Shown: positions 1 to 12,678 of the stretch, piece by piece
Position numbering within the stretch: position 1 is the stretch's first letter
Layout of the letters: each line of letters begins with the position of its first letter
Assembly (NCBI GenBank): GCA_025201805.1
Contig: MU619271.1
Location: forward strand, 1,169-65,168
Source: Parasitella parasitica NRRL 2501
Taxonomy: Eukaryota; Fungi; Mucoromycota
Length of the DNA stretch: 64,000 nucleotides
Direction: 5' to 3'
Notes under the pieces: model-generated
What the model saw: only the letters and a program-made list of their open reading frames with translations
What the model was told of the DNA's origin: nothing
The model's database searches: none
Translations under genes and position numbers: made by a program

Positions 1-660
1 CCTCACTCGTGGAACGTAATTGCTTTGGGGTAGAGTAGCCCGCTCGCTACCAAATGCCCTATCTAGAAAACAAATTGAACGGTGCTAACATATTCTTTTT
101 TAATATGTATATCAAAACACTATTGTATCTGGTTGAACCCGTATATCAATCTTGAGATTGGCAGTTTCATCTTCATTGGCAAGTTCAAAGACTGTATCAT
201 CCCATTTAGTTCGTAAGGTGTTGACGCTATCAAACAGCTCTACAATCGTGGGCGACCACAGTTTGATAACATAATCCCATTCAGAACAATCCTTCATGAA
301 ATCAAACAAATATGCCGATATTTGATGGCGTTTAAGCATATAAGATATGAAGGAAAGGAAGAAATTTTCTCCCCCGTTTATATCTGCTGTCTTTTCTTGG
401 TCATTTATCCAATATGAGAATTTCTTTCGCTTCGTTTCTAATCCAGCCTTTGCTTTGGACAACTGCTGTAAAACGCCCAAGAAGCGTGCAGTTAAACTAT
501 GCAAATTTATAGCCAACTCTGTATTTTCTTGTTCGACTGCAGAAAAACGAATTTGTAATTCATGTCATTGTTCTTGGCTAAATAGGGAAGACTCTCCTGC
601 CTCGAGTGTGTACAATGAACCCAAGATTGAATCCATCTCCAATTTATCATTGTTTGTGGC
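1..660 (-). pseudogene. Degenerate member of a Mucorales-expanded PD-(D/E)xK nuclease-like (Crinkler/REase-like) family
   Basis: ORF 112-516 contains SEWDYVIKLWSPTIVELF...LRTKWDDT...KIDIRV, which resembles the SExDY..KxWxP..E.LF / KWGE / KxDxR pattern of this family. The ORF stops right after this motif and the downstream residues (VQF...GLLYP) are interrupted. Confidence 0.4.
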
Positions 661-1149
661 TATTTAATATGGCTACTAAAATCTTCATATTTTCAAGAGC
701 TCTGTTTTTTATAAACAAGCCAACACTTTCGTCGAGACTAGAAACGTAAATTGCATCGTCTTCTTGCACTTGATTTACTACTGCTCTCCTGACAACCGCC
801 GAGGTTGATTTTCTTTTTTTTTTCAGTGTCGAGTTAATTTTCGAACACTTCCTCTGTAAAATAATTGACGCACTCGAGCTGAAAGTTTATTTGTCTTTGC
901 TCTGATTCTTTAATGTTTTGCTATTATTATTCCTCATACATTTAAATTACTTTTTCTTTATTAAACAGCACTCATAATATACAGCAACATTATTTTTTGC
1001 ACTAAAATAAAGAGTACCCCGCAAACAACTTAACGTATCTTGTAAAGTAGCGTTTACACACATTTAAAGTCGTTTAAAAGTCAATCCTTATCTTACTATT
1101 ACAAAATCTCTTCAAATTGCTTTGATCCGTAGCTTTGAAGCTTGACTGA

Positions 1150-2320
1150 AAAGCTCCCGCCGGGATGAATTTTCTCGAGTTCTCATCCCCACCTTGAGAC
1201 ATTCAAAATAGGCATTAGACAGCTGAAATAGATAATTTGATTCATTGCCATAGTGCTTTGACATTGTATCGATGTTAAGTGATTTAATAGTCATCTGCTG
1301 AAGGAGTTTCGAGGTTTAGCGGCCAGCGGGGCACTCTGCAGGGTGGGAGATTGCATGAGGGAGTAGAGGTAAGGGAGGAACCCCGACGGCATCTAGTAGT
1401 TAGAATAGTAGAGGAATAATCACGGTGGCACAGGAAAGCAAAGGGTATACAGGCAAAGAGATGCGAGGATTCAGGAAAAGTGGTTTAGACATTGATTGGA
1501 TCAAGATTGAAGGAGATATTGATGATTAAAGGGAAAGGGTTAATTGAGAGAAGAGAGATATAATATAAATGAGCAATAATAGAGGAATTATAGAAGGATA
1601 ATAATGATAAGAGGGGCAGTAGCTTTAAGAAGACGAGAAAGATAGGAATAAAAGACCAAGATTAATTCATTATAGCACAAGAAAAAATTAAATAATAATA
1701 CATTAACGTCAACAAAATAAATAAGATCAGGGTTTTATCATATATGAATATGTCATAAGTCAATAGCGTCCAGCGAAACCAATATAGTTTTTAGATGGGA
1801 TGGTTGAGTCCTAAATGAACTGCAAAAGGCGATGCATGAAAGGTTATGCTTCAGACTGGTTTATGACGGCAATCATGGAACATGTCGCCTATGATACCAT
1901 GTCATCTGCATTCAAAGCTGCAAGCGTTACGAAGGCTCTATTGTTGTTTAAAGAGAAGTTTGTAACAAATGAAAGGCCCAAGATAGCTCCCAGCAAGAAG
2001 GTCGAGTTGAGAAAGCTCGCCAAGGATCTGAAAAGAGGTTTATTACCCAGATGGCAACACATTATCTGGAAGCGCGAGCATAAGCCTAATGGTGATGAAG
2101 ACAAGACCATCGATACTCAATAGGACGAGCAAGAAGAATGTTATTAGAGTGAATCATTTTATTGGAGTCATCAGTTTTACAAAAAGAACTCAAGATGTCG
2201 TCAGTGTGATAGAATTAAAGAAGAAGGGATCAAGTTTGTATGGGCTGGACGTCATTAAAAAGATTTTGAAGAATGCAAGCAAGCACCTATTAATATATGA
2301 GATGTTAGTATGCGATGGTT
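1150..2320 (-). mobile_element. Highly degenerate non-LTR retrotransposon (LINE) reverse-transcriptase remnant
   Basis: Minus-strand fragments KPLFRSL, LAALNADDMV (YADD-like) and, further on, NYIGF (YLGF-like) occur in the expected RT order, broken by stops. Confidence 0.3.
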
Positions 2321-2487
2321 GAAAAAACACATTGCTAAATTGAGCACGAAACATGCCTAAAAAGGTAATTTTCTTTCATTGTTGTTGTTGTTGTTGTCAG
2401 GAACTTTTCTTTGATGAAATAATTATATTTTTATTTTCACACCTTTTCTTCTATAACTTTTATCTTGTAATTATACAAACACAATAA

Positions 2488-5400
2488 ATGCAACGTGCAG
2501 CAGTATTACCAACCAATATACTCTCAGAGGATGATGCAGTTGCAGGTAAAAAAAACTTAACATCAAGAAATATCAAACTAGCCACTTAACTTTTCGTTTT
2601 GTCAATGTAGGCACAAGTAAATCGAGAATCAAATTGCATAAAACTGCGTGTATGATTAACACTTTTATATAGATCGTATCCGATTATTAAAAGCCGAGCA
2701 ATCCAAAAACGATCGCAGATGGTTTGATAAAATGAGAAATCTGGTTCAGGTTCACGAATATCTCTGTCATATTGGTGAGGCTATTGAGTAAGTAAAGAAA
2801 ATGTTGGAAAAAAACATGGTGCCTAATATAGTAATTATCACACACGTACTAGCTGGATAGAGAACGTTTTAGGCGAGAGGATTGACAACAACGATGATAA
2901 AGAAGCGTCTATTATGCAGCTCGAAAAGACGCTACATAATGGTGTAGTTTTGGCAAAATTAGCAACGGTAATACACCCTGGAATCATCCAAAGTATCACG
3001 CCAGGCAACGCCAAACTCAAGTTTTTGCACTCCAACAACATCAATGCATTTCTGAAAGTTTTGCAGGAAGTGGGGTTACCGCCTATCTTTTGGTTCGAGT
3101 TTGTGGATTTATACGACAAGAAAAACATGCCCAAAGTGGTGTACTGTATTCATGCGCTCAGTCATTTTCTGCATTCAAGCGACTTGGCGCCGAAAATCAA
3201 GAATTTAGAGGGAAAATTCAACTTTTCAGAGGACGTCTTGGTGGCGACACAGAAAAATCTCGAGAAATCTGGTGCTACAATGCCCAATTTCAGCAATGTT
3301 GGATCTTCTTTACAAAAGGAACTGGATGGTGGATCCAAAAAACAAGTGTATTCATTCAAAAAGATTGAGGAGCCTTTGATTAGCAATGACGATGACGACG
3401 ACGACAATGTGGATATTGACGACTACAGTGTGGAGCACCAAGTACGTCAATTCCGTATTGCAACGTCCATAGAAGCAGATTTATACGATTCGGATAGCGA
3501 ATCTAGAACATCCTCAGGCGATGAATTAGAACGTAATATTGTGCCCACAATGCAGCGCTTACAATTTTTGGGCAAGTATAGGTAGTAATTTATAAACATG
3601 GGCAGACAATACTCATGCGCACTTTTTACAGATGCCGCTGCGGACTCTACCATCAGCAGTTCCGATTCAGAACTAGGCTACTACGAGGATGAAATGGGAG
3701 AATCTGAATTCGACGAAATTGAAAAAAGAATAGAGGCAATAGAGCAACATTTCGAAATTCCAGAAAACAACAGAATGTTGGTATCAGCACAGGGATGCAT
3801 TCGTAGTTATATCGCTCGAAACCAGTTGCAAAAGATTAAAGATCAGCACCGGTGTCAGTCGTACCAATCCACAGCACAAAGAATACAGGCTCGTATTGCT
3901 ACAGCATCCACGCATCAACAACTGGGTGTCAAGAGACGAGATTTCTTTTCTTTTCCAGATGATTGGGCCATTGCATTGCAGGCCATGATTAGAGGCTATC
4001 TTGCCATGCAAAATCTTGGTCGACAGCACCATCAGATCCAAATGCATACAGTACAGGCTGGTAGAATAAGGACAGAAGGCAAATCTACTGCACAGTATCA
4101 CGAAAAAGCTTATCAGACATTGAAGTCAGAAAAGAACCCCTCTATTGATGCGGTCAAAAACGTGCTCCACATGCTCAGCAACAACGACGTCGATTTCAAA
4201 GAAGATCTGATCATTGAAGAGCTTCGCCAGAAAATAGTAGAGTCCATCCGAGACAACAACCATCTAGACTCGCAAGTGAGCATGATCGACATTCAAATTG
4301 CTTTGCTCTTAAAAAATGCTGTAACTCTGGACGAGGTGGTGAAACTTAGCAATGCATTCTTCGTCCCCAACCGCAAGAAGCAGCAGCAGCAGAGATTCTC
4401 GGAAATGTTATCTTCAAACCCTTCTAGCAGCCCTTATGATTTGCGCGGCGTGGATAAGAGTAACAGGGACAAGTTGGAGCTGTATCAGCAACTGGTTTAT
4501 CTACTCCAAACTGAGCCTGCCTACCTAGCTCGTCTCATGTCAATTGCTGGTGGACAAGTCCATGGTGAGAAGAAGGGGCAGCGCAAGATTGACGCCACAG
4601 TGTTGGCCCTGTTCGGCTATGGTACGAATGCGCGCGAGGAGTGTTTACTGATCAACCTCTGCAAAGCCTGCATTGTCCAGGAAATGAAGCACGTTAAGAG
4701 TCCCCAGGAATTTATGAAGGGCAACTACACTTTTATGAAGTTGGTGGTGCAGGTTAATCGAGGCGCCAAAGAACGAGAGTTCTTTTCTACCTTGTTTCAA
4801 GGCTTGGTGAATAAAGTGCTGAACAATAGCGAACTCGATTTAGAGACAAATCCCATGGTTATTTATCAAAAATGCATCAGCCAAGAAGAATCGGCTACTG
4901 GCAAGCCTTCAGCTCGACCATACAACGTTAATCAAGTCCAAGCGCTTGAGTCTCCCGACGTGCTGCACATCCTGTCGGCTCACTTGGAAATGCTGAGAAA
5001 CACGACCGAAGAGTTTTTGAATGCCATCATCAATGCGCTGGATGTGATGCCTTACGGTATGCGTGCCATTGCACGAGAGCTGCGCCTAGTAATGGAAGAA
5101 AACTTTCCTGAAATATCGCCTGAAGAAATCAACAAAATCCTCGGCAACTTTATCTACTACCGCTATTTGAGTCCTGCCATTACTGCTCCTGAGCAGCACA
5201 TCTCTGTTCATCATGACATATCTTCACTACAAAGAAGGAATTTGGCCGAAATCTCCAAATTGCTGCAGCACATATCCAACGGAAAAGATTTTGAGACTAG
5301 GAACATCCAGCTGAGCGCTCTTAACGGCTACATCAAGAGCTCGGCCCAAAGATTCGCTAAATGGTTCATGGATTTAACAAACGTAGAGGAGCCCGAACAG

Positions 5401-6703
5401 CACTTTGGCATGGACCAACTCTCTGATTACACCAGCACACAAAAGCCCACAGTCTATGTGCACCCGACTGAACTTTACCACATCCACCAGCTGTTGCAAG
5501 ACAATGTCGATTTTGTAGAACGCCAGAGTGGCGGCATCCTGCATTCAATCTTGTCTGATTTAGGCCCAGCGCCTGCTCATGTCAACATGAGCGTCCCTTT
5601 GCATGTTCTCCGTCTAGAGCTCACAGATAGTCGCGACGGCATCCCCTCCGAAACAAAAAGCGATGTCAAAAAGCTGCTTCTTGACACAAAACGTCTCGTA
5701 ATCTTGGTGATTCAGGTGCAGGCAGGCTCATCTCTGGAAGCTATTTTCAACGACCCCGTTTCAGAGGAACATGAGAGAATATGGGAAGCAGTGCGCGAGG
5801 AGGCATTTCCTTCAGAGGGTACCGAGCAGGAGATTGCGATGGCTATTCGTGAAAGAAACTTCAAATTCGGATATCAGAATGCGGCCATGGATGTCAAAAA
5901 GTACGAGCGTATAATATAGCTATGCAAATGCAATGACTAATACCAGCTTGTTTTTATAATTATAGGCTGACCTTTGCAAAATTAAAGGCATTTGCTTGCA
6001 GTCTTCACAATCATCTCTTGAAGCATGGCATCATTCCGGCTAGCCCAGGATACCAAAGCATTATCAGCATGATCGCTGTCGACATCACCAAAAAGGGTGA
6101 GCGTCGCAAGTTGCGCAACACCGAGATCAAGAAGCTGCAAGTTATCTTGCAGCACCTGGACGAAAAGAAGCATTTCCTGGTCAGTCAAGGCACCAGCTAC
6201 AAGGAATACTTGGATGGGTGCATGAAGAACATGGCCGAAAGACGAGGCAAAAAGCAAAAGTTTGTGATGCCGTTCACAAGACAATACTTCCACATGAAAA
6301 ACTTGCAGCGACGCAACTTGGTTCCAAAGTTTGGCTCCTTCAAGTACTCTGCAAAGACGCTGCATGACCGCGGCATTATTATTGCCTTGGGTGGCATCCC
6401 ACAAAATCTGTATGCTCGCATCAATATTATTTTGTCTATGGATCGTGCGGGTATAATTTCTTTTGAGGCGTACTTTCCGTTGATGACACAAGATTTGCAT
6501 GTTGATGTGCATTATGAACATCTGTTGCAAACCCAATATGAAGGCGTGCAGACAATGAAAGTCCTAGATGGTATGGCCACAGTAAATGTGAATTTATTGA
6601 TATACTTGATAAACAAAAAGTAAGTTTTGTGAATTTTGATTGAATATGTAGCGATCACACGTATTTAATTATCCTCTATTGTAGATTTTATCATACCGCT
6701 TAG
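2488..6703 (+). CDS. IQG1: IQGAP-family Ras GTPase-activating-like protein (CH, IQ, RasGAP-related and RasGAP_C domains), multi-exon
   Basis: CH domain (YLCHIGEA; LHNGVVLAKL; DLYDKKNMPKVVYCIHALSH), IQ-like motifs (AQGCIRSYIAR, LQAMIRGYLA), GRD (LYQQLVYLLQTEPAYLARL; MPYGMRAIA; FIYYRYLSPAI) and C-terminal YSAKTLHDRG...NVNLLIYLINKKFY. GT-AG introns join the ORFs. Confidence 0.95.
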
Positions 6704-7011
6704 CCAAACTCTCTCATGAATGCTATTCTGTAAATATTCCTACTTTCACCCTGCCCTGTATATTTGCCCAGGAATAAAGACATGTTTGTTTCATTTAATG
6801 ATCTTGCAAAAAGATAAGGGTATTCCGTACTAGGAGAGTGATTGTGCAACAAGGATAGCACCATCAGCACGATATACGGCTGCTTATCTTGAGCTCTTCT
6901 TATCTTGCTTTCCCAAAACAGCTAACAAACAATTAACGTGTACTGGTCGCCAGAGATTCATGGCAGTGCACTTTTTTTTTTTTTTTTTCTAAATGTTTTT
7001 TCTGTCGTAAA

Positions 7012-7809
7012 ATGCCTATTATTTGCAACATTACAAATCAAAGGCAGTTCAAAAGGCTTGTGTCAAGGACGGATGCCATCAATATTCTCAATTTTTGGGC
7101 TACCTGGGCAGAACCGTGCAGGCAAATGAATCAAGTGTTTAGTGAGCTGGCAGGTAAATTTCCTTCCTCGACGTATATCCAGGTAAATTCGTTACATTCA
7201 CCAACTCTTGCTAGAACACAGTGTTTAATCAGAAAACGACAGATAGAAGCAGAAGAATTCGCATCTCTCTCAAAATCAATGCACGTCAATGCGACCCCCA
7301 CTTTCCTCATTGTCAAGGCAAGTCGCATGTTGCAGGATCATACTGATGTTGCTAAATTGCATGATATTTAGGAGAATCAAATACTAGATTCTGTAGAAGG
7401 AGCCAACACAGAAGAACTGTCGAATTTGGTTGCAAAATACAGCAATTCACAAGTCTCGCACCCGCAACAAAATGTTTGTGATAATCAGCTGGAATTCCGT
7501 CTTCGAGATTTAATTCAAACAGATCATGTCATGGTGTTTATGAAAGGAATCCCTGATAAACCGCGATGTGGATTTTCGAGAAAAATGGTCGAGTTACTGT
7601 CAGATTTGCAGGTGAAATACAGTTCATTCGATATCCTCACAGATGAACATGTCAGACAGGGGTTAAAAGAGTTTTCAGACTGGCCGACATATCCGCAAAT
7701 ATACGTGAATGCTGAATTGCTAGGCGGGTTGGATTTATTAAAGGAAATGATTGCATCTGGTGAATTTCAAGAAATGGTATATAAAAAAAAAAATGAAAGA
7801 ATCGCTTGA
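7012..7809 (+). CDS. GRX4: Monothiol glutaredoxin Grx3/Grx4 (thioredoxin domain plus CGFS glutaredoxin domain)
   Basis: NFWATWAEPC thioredoxin-like motif, VFMKG...PRCGFS, and SDWPTYPQIYVNAELLGGLD. Introns at 7183-7242 and 7318-7371. Confidence 0.95.
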
Positions 7810-8293
7810 TTACTTTTCTTCTGATCCAGGTGGTCGTTGAATTCGAACTTGCTCCCATTCATCGTCTGCATCTGCTTGTAAGCGCTGAACATAAGATATA
7901 TATCAGCATATATTTAAAACGCATCATTCATCACTAAAACTAGCTTACGAAATATTCCTCTTGTAAACTTAATTTACGTCTGTTTTTGTCCATTCCCAAT
8001 GCCTCTTCTTTGGCAACCTAAATAACTCTGTCAGAGGCGCCCTTGTTTTTTTTTGTTTTTTTTTTGTTTTTTTTTTTTTGTTTGAATGGCAATAATAATA
8101 TACAAACCTTGGTATGTCTTCTGTCCCGGTGGTCAAACTTGGTTTGTGTTAGTTCAGCCAAGCCAAATGACCCAGCTACCATTATAGCGAGGAATGGTAG
8201 GCCAAAAAAAAGAAACGGTTTCTTCTTAGCTTGTGCTGCCAAGGGGCTAAATACATTCTGTTGTCCGTAAGGTTTATTTTGAAAGGTTCCCAT
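7810..8293 (-). CDS. COX16: Cytochrome c oxidase assembly protein COX16 (exons 8293-8108, 8017-7949, 7884-7810)
   Basis: PFLFFGLPFLAIMVAGSFGLAELTQTKFD transmembrane segment. The spliced product continues RKLSLQEEYFRLQ...DEWEQVRIQRP. Confidence 0.9.
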
Positions 8294-9238
8294 TACTAAT
8301 AAATCAAAGCAAAAGAGGAAAAACAAAAGTGAGCCACCCTAGATAACTTGATGAAGCCACATTTAACATCAAGTCCGCCTGCAATAATGCGCAATCAGAT
8401 GCAAAACGATCTGTAACCATTTAATCGTGTGCGAAAATTATATAAAGTGAATATGCTAAATGACTTTATCTTATACACACAATATCTTACTTTACAATAC
8501 CAAATCTTTTCGTTGTCCTCTTAATTGACACTTGCCACATTAAGACATATTCGTTTGAATGGCTAAACTATGCCTCGGCTGATGGAACTGATGCAATCTG
8601 GCTCACGTAATAGTCGTTATTGCATGTTGTAGCCATATAGAACAGCTGCTACTTTTATTCTGCTGTCCAAGACCTTGACCGAGACAAATGTTTCTCCTTT
8701 TCGACATTTCCGGGCATCACATGTATGCAAGCTTATATTAATTTGACGTGTATTTTATCATCATGTAAACAAAACGCTTTTTATATATTTGCGTAGTACT
8801 AGATGTGATTGGAAGAATGGGATCATCGTAAAATGCAATTACAATAAATATACATTAATATGGCTAATTTGTTATACAACTGAATCTCAAATTATGTCAT
8901 ATTCAACAGTTTTAGTTTGAGGCACATTTTTGATATAGAGCGAGCAGTGAGACAGCACATAATCCAGCAACAGAAACGAAAAACCAGAAAAAGCCTTGTA
9001 TATATGGGTATTTTTGCCGTTTAAGCCTTTCATCTACTATTTCAACCAGTTTTTTAAACAAGTTTGGAGCTTTATTTTTGCTTGGTAACACAATTGGGGA
9101 ACTTATACCTTGGCAGTCTAATAGCACCAGTCTAAAACCGTTCCGTATTATACGACCATTTAGATCGTCATTGATTGTAGATCCCTAGATCTTTCTCTTT
9201 CTTTGCCTTTTTTTTTTCAACTTTATATATTATACACA

Positions 9239-10866
9239 ATGACATTTCTCGGTACAAAAGACACTGTTAAAAGATGCACACTGCTTGCTATTGCATTGAC
9301 ATGCTCGTTGATTATTTCTACATTGATTTATTCCTTGATGAGAGATCCCATCTTCAGTGATGCCAAGCAACCATACAGATACCCTGCCATGGTCAAATAC
9401 AGCTACAGATGGCCCAGCATCTCCTCCTATGCACATGGTGTGCATGATACTGCTAATTTAACAGAAAAAAATGATATTTACAAAGAAATCGACCAGAGAT
9501 ACTGCGGACAGGAAAGATGTAGGTTCTTGCTGCCGATAGCCATCACCGAGCAAGGTACAAGCAACATCCGCCGTGTACTATATAACATATACTGACAGCC
9601 TTGAATAATAGAATCGAAGGCACAATTGCATTTCAGACAACTGGCATTCCTGGCCGGTAAAATTGGCAGGACCATTGTGCTGCCCAATGTACACAATTCG
9701 CATTTAGGGGCATGTTTGCCACATCCATTCACGTTTTACTACAACTCGGACTGGCTGGATGCAAACAAACAGCATTTCAACTACATCACAATGGAAGACT
9801 TTAGGGCATGGCTGCTTGAAAGGCATTCCGCAGGCGTTATACCTTCCGGACAGGAGATCTACATGCAAGGTTCTCGGAAATCAAGGCTATTGACCAAAAT
9901 CAACAACTGTTTTGGAAATTCGTTTGATTTTTCAAATAGACCCACAGTTGGTTATCAGTTGCAAGACCATCAAAACCAGCGCCATGTTAACATTACAAAT
10001 ATCATGGTTAATCTGTTTAGCGACAACGCCAGACAACATGAATATCTTGATGGACAGCATTCACCCACCTCCTTGTTTGACACAATCAAGGCCCCTCCAG
10101 TCGATGTGATCAACTTGTTCTATGACAGAAGGTACTTTACACGGAGCAATATTAGTTGCTTCAAGGACAAATCTAACAAGCTTTTAATAGATACAAGTTT
10201 ATCAGCGATCATGACGCCCAAAAGCCGCTACCTTACAGTCAAAGATGGGTAAACGTGGCTAATCAGATTTCCAAGCAATTAACGCCATACGTGGCCATTC
10301 ATTGGAGAATGGAAAGGCTAGAGCCCGTATCTAACTTGCTGCCTTGCGCAGTGGATCTGGTTGATAAGGCCCAGCAGCTGGAAATGCCAAATAGTGAACC
10401 AAAACCTCTCAATGTGTTTCTTTTAACCGACTACCCGCATTTACTCAACGCAACTGGAGCAAAGCCCGAGTCAAATTCATTCCATGTGAATGAGTTGAAG
10501 GAAGAGCACCACAAAGCTGTTGAGTATTTGTATCAGCATTTGAATGTCTCTCTCACGTCCGTCAACAATAACATGATACCCTACAATGAGCTGCCCAAGG
10601 AAAACTGGCATATCTTGCCAATTGACGCGTCTTCGGATGACAGCCTATTCCCTGCTGCTGATCGCAGCGTGCTCGGTATTGTCGATAAATTAGTCGCCAT
10701 GAATGCACAGTGGTTCTTTGCTGGCCGCCCTGGAGTATGCGCAAAGTCAAGTAGCTTTACTGGTCGTATATCAAACAGTAGAATCCAAGCATTCAAACAC
10801 GGCGCGGAAAATGTCATTAAGCCTGTTGAAACATTTGATATGACAAGGCAACCGACTCAATTTTAA
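9239..10866 (+). CDS. GDP-fucose O-fucosyltransferase-like (O-FucT family) type II membrane glycosyltransferase, 3 exons
   Basis: N-terminal TM anchor, EQESKAQLHF...LAGKIGRTIVLP, PYVAIHWRME, VFLLTDYP, LGIVDKLVAMNAQWF...SSSFT. These match the O-FucT motifs HxR, TD, D..V and SSF. Confidence 0.75.
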
Positions 10867-11102
10867 GCGCCATAATCGCTTTGTAGTAACATATTTCGTT
10901 TTGAGCATACATTTGTATTATACATATACATAGTAAAAATAAAGCTTGCATTTTGGAAGACTAATTCCTCAAACAAAAAAACAAAAAAAAAGGATGCAAC
11001 AAATTACAACATAAAGATCACACATGTCCTAATCCCAAAAATTTAGTATCATCACAAGTAAACTATTCTGTTTATTTTCTATCAAGCCTCTTGCAAGCAC
11101 AA

Positions 11103-11405
11103 CTATTGATCATTTTTTGAGAGTTGCTCAGCTGCGCCAGGAGGCATACATAAACCCCCGGCAGCGCATGTTAGTCCAGGGCAACATGCTCTGTTGGCAT
11201 GGCAACCGTTGAACGGTATATTGTCAAAAGTGTCGTGCATAGTCAGACAGTTGAGGGTAGGAATTGGAGGTGGTTTCCGCCATTCCTGCGGAACACTAGA
11301 CTGTGGCAAACGAGGGTGCTTCTTTTTTTTCTTCTGGGTAGTTTCAGTTATGAACAAAGACAAAACGATGAGAGAGATGGCACAAAGTTTGAGATTGTAT
11401 TGCAT
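11103..11405 (-). CDS. Small secreted cysteine-knot (ICK/conotoxin-like) prepropeptide, 100 aa
   Basis: Signal peptide MQYNLKLCAISLIVLSLFITETT, a basic/Pro-rich pro-region, and a core C-x14-C-x5-CC-x4-C-x5-C. Paralog of 12418-12678. Confidence 0.8.
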   Translation of the reverse strand: MQYNLKLCAISLIVLSLFITETTQKKKKKHPRLPQSSVPQEWRKPPPIPTLNCLTMHDTFDNIPFNGCHANRACCPGLTCAAGGLCMPPGAAEQLSKNDQ

Positions 11406-11522
11406 TCGGGAAAATCTTTAATAAAGTAAAAAGAGAGTTCGAATCCCACGAAGGATCCTAACTTTTGTATACACCACCGGTTCAAGGAGAAGCATTCATT
11501 GTTAGTATTTTCACTTGATCAG

Positions 11523-11538
11523 TTCTTTGTTCTCGGTT
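11523..11538 (-). promoter_or_regulatory. Conserved upstream element TTCTTTGTTCTCGGTT (contains the HMG-box/TR-box consensus TTCTTTGTTY)
   Basis: Identical 16-mer at 12779-12794 and variants at 61891-61906 and 63906-63921. In the three intact peptide genes it lies upstream of a TATA-like element. Confidence 0.4.
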
Positions 11539-12226
11539 CATCAGGAGAGAACGTAAAAGATTGACTGGGTTTTATTGTCTCTATTTTGTGGTGTATGAAC
11601 GAGTTTGATTAGAATTTCGTTACTAAATGAGTTATAAAAGTAGAATTGAGGTTGAAAGCGCATTATTAGGACATTACCTCTAAGCAGCTCCAACTTGAGG
11701 CCTCATCTAAATTTTGCGATCTGAAAAGAATACCGTACCTATTCACTTAATTTCGGAGTATCCGCCAGCCTCAATGATTAATCTTATTGTGGTTTATTAA
11801 GCTTTATTCGTTAGTATATACTCAATTATTCAATTGGATAGAAGTATTGCCTTTTCAGCGAGCTATGGGATTCGCATATGTCCTCTGCATACTTATGTGA
11901 TCGAGTCCATTTATCTAGTAGTGTGCACCAAGATAAACTATGTGAACGGTAAAGGTTGACATTTTTAATTGCTAACATTGCTATCTACTTGGGCTGACAT
12001 GGCTTCACTGCACATTTCCGCACGAATCTTGATATTCAACTCTTTTCATAAATTTCTAGATTCATCCTTTCAAGAATAAAGAAATAGGCTCTCCATTCAA
12101 CAGCTCAGGGCGTTTCTTGACGAGAAAATTTGCTTGAGCCACAATGGAATGGTAGTCGATTGCAGTACGGTTTATTTCCATTTGATCAACGCTTTCGCCC
12201 ATCACACAAATACCCAAAGTTATTCA

Positions 12227-12236
12227 NNNNNNNNNN
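12227..12236. other. Assembly gap (N run)
   Basis: N characters. Confidence 1.
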
Positions 12237-12294
<58 letters not shown>

Positions 12295-12417
12295 AATACG
12301 CAGCGAATTGAGAGTGAAAGGTCTGTATTGATAAAACATGGCCAAATAGGCTTACTGTCTGGTCTACAAAAAAAATTAACTAGTGTGTCTCTTTACAGAA
12401 ACCATGCAGAATTCAAG

Positions 12418-12678
12418 CTAAAAACCTTTCCTAATAGTGCACGAACCAGCATGACAACGACCACCACCACAGCAGGGTGGAGTGTGAGCACTAGTACTAC
12501 ATGAAAGACCAGCCTGTATGCAATAAGGCTGAGGTGGGATTCGGTCTTCGGCCTTGATCCCTGACTGAGGCAGAGAGGGGGATTTCTCGTCTCTCTTGCG
12601 ATTTGTCTGGGTAGTTTCTGTTACGAATAATGATACGACAACCAGAGACACGGTCCAGAGCTTGAGGTTGAGAAGCAT
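12418..12678 (-). CDS. Small secreted cysteine-knot (ICK/conotoxin-like) prepropeptide, 86 aa
   Basis: Signal MLLNLKLWTVSLVVVSLFVTETT, Kex2-type RKR site, core C-x6-C-x8-CC-x4-C-x4-C. TATAAAA lies ~70 nt upstream. Confidence 0.85.
   Translation of the reverse strand: MLLNLKLWTVSLVVVSLFVTETTQTNRKRDEKSPSLPQSGIKAEDRIPPQPYCIQAGLSCSTSAHTPPCCGGGRCHAGSCTIRKGF

Noticed and set aside
7012-7809. Possible Mucorales sex-locus neighbourhood (glutathione-related gene)
   Set aside because: This is a monothiol glutaredoxin, not glrA glutathione reductase. No HMG-box sexP/sexM, tptA or rnhA gene is visible in the window.
8912-9127. Short ORF with a C-terminal TM-like segment
   Set aside because: No ATG start, almost no room for a promoter before the divergent O-FucT gene, and no recognisable family.
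11430-11460. tRNA T-loop-like GTTCGAATCCC
   Set aside because: No D-arm, anticodon arm or acceptor stem can be built around it.
12130-12504. Poly-Lys ORFs
   Set aside because: Artefacts of an N-gap plus a poly(A) tract. The same applies to the ORFs spanning the gaps at 20321 and 31184.
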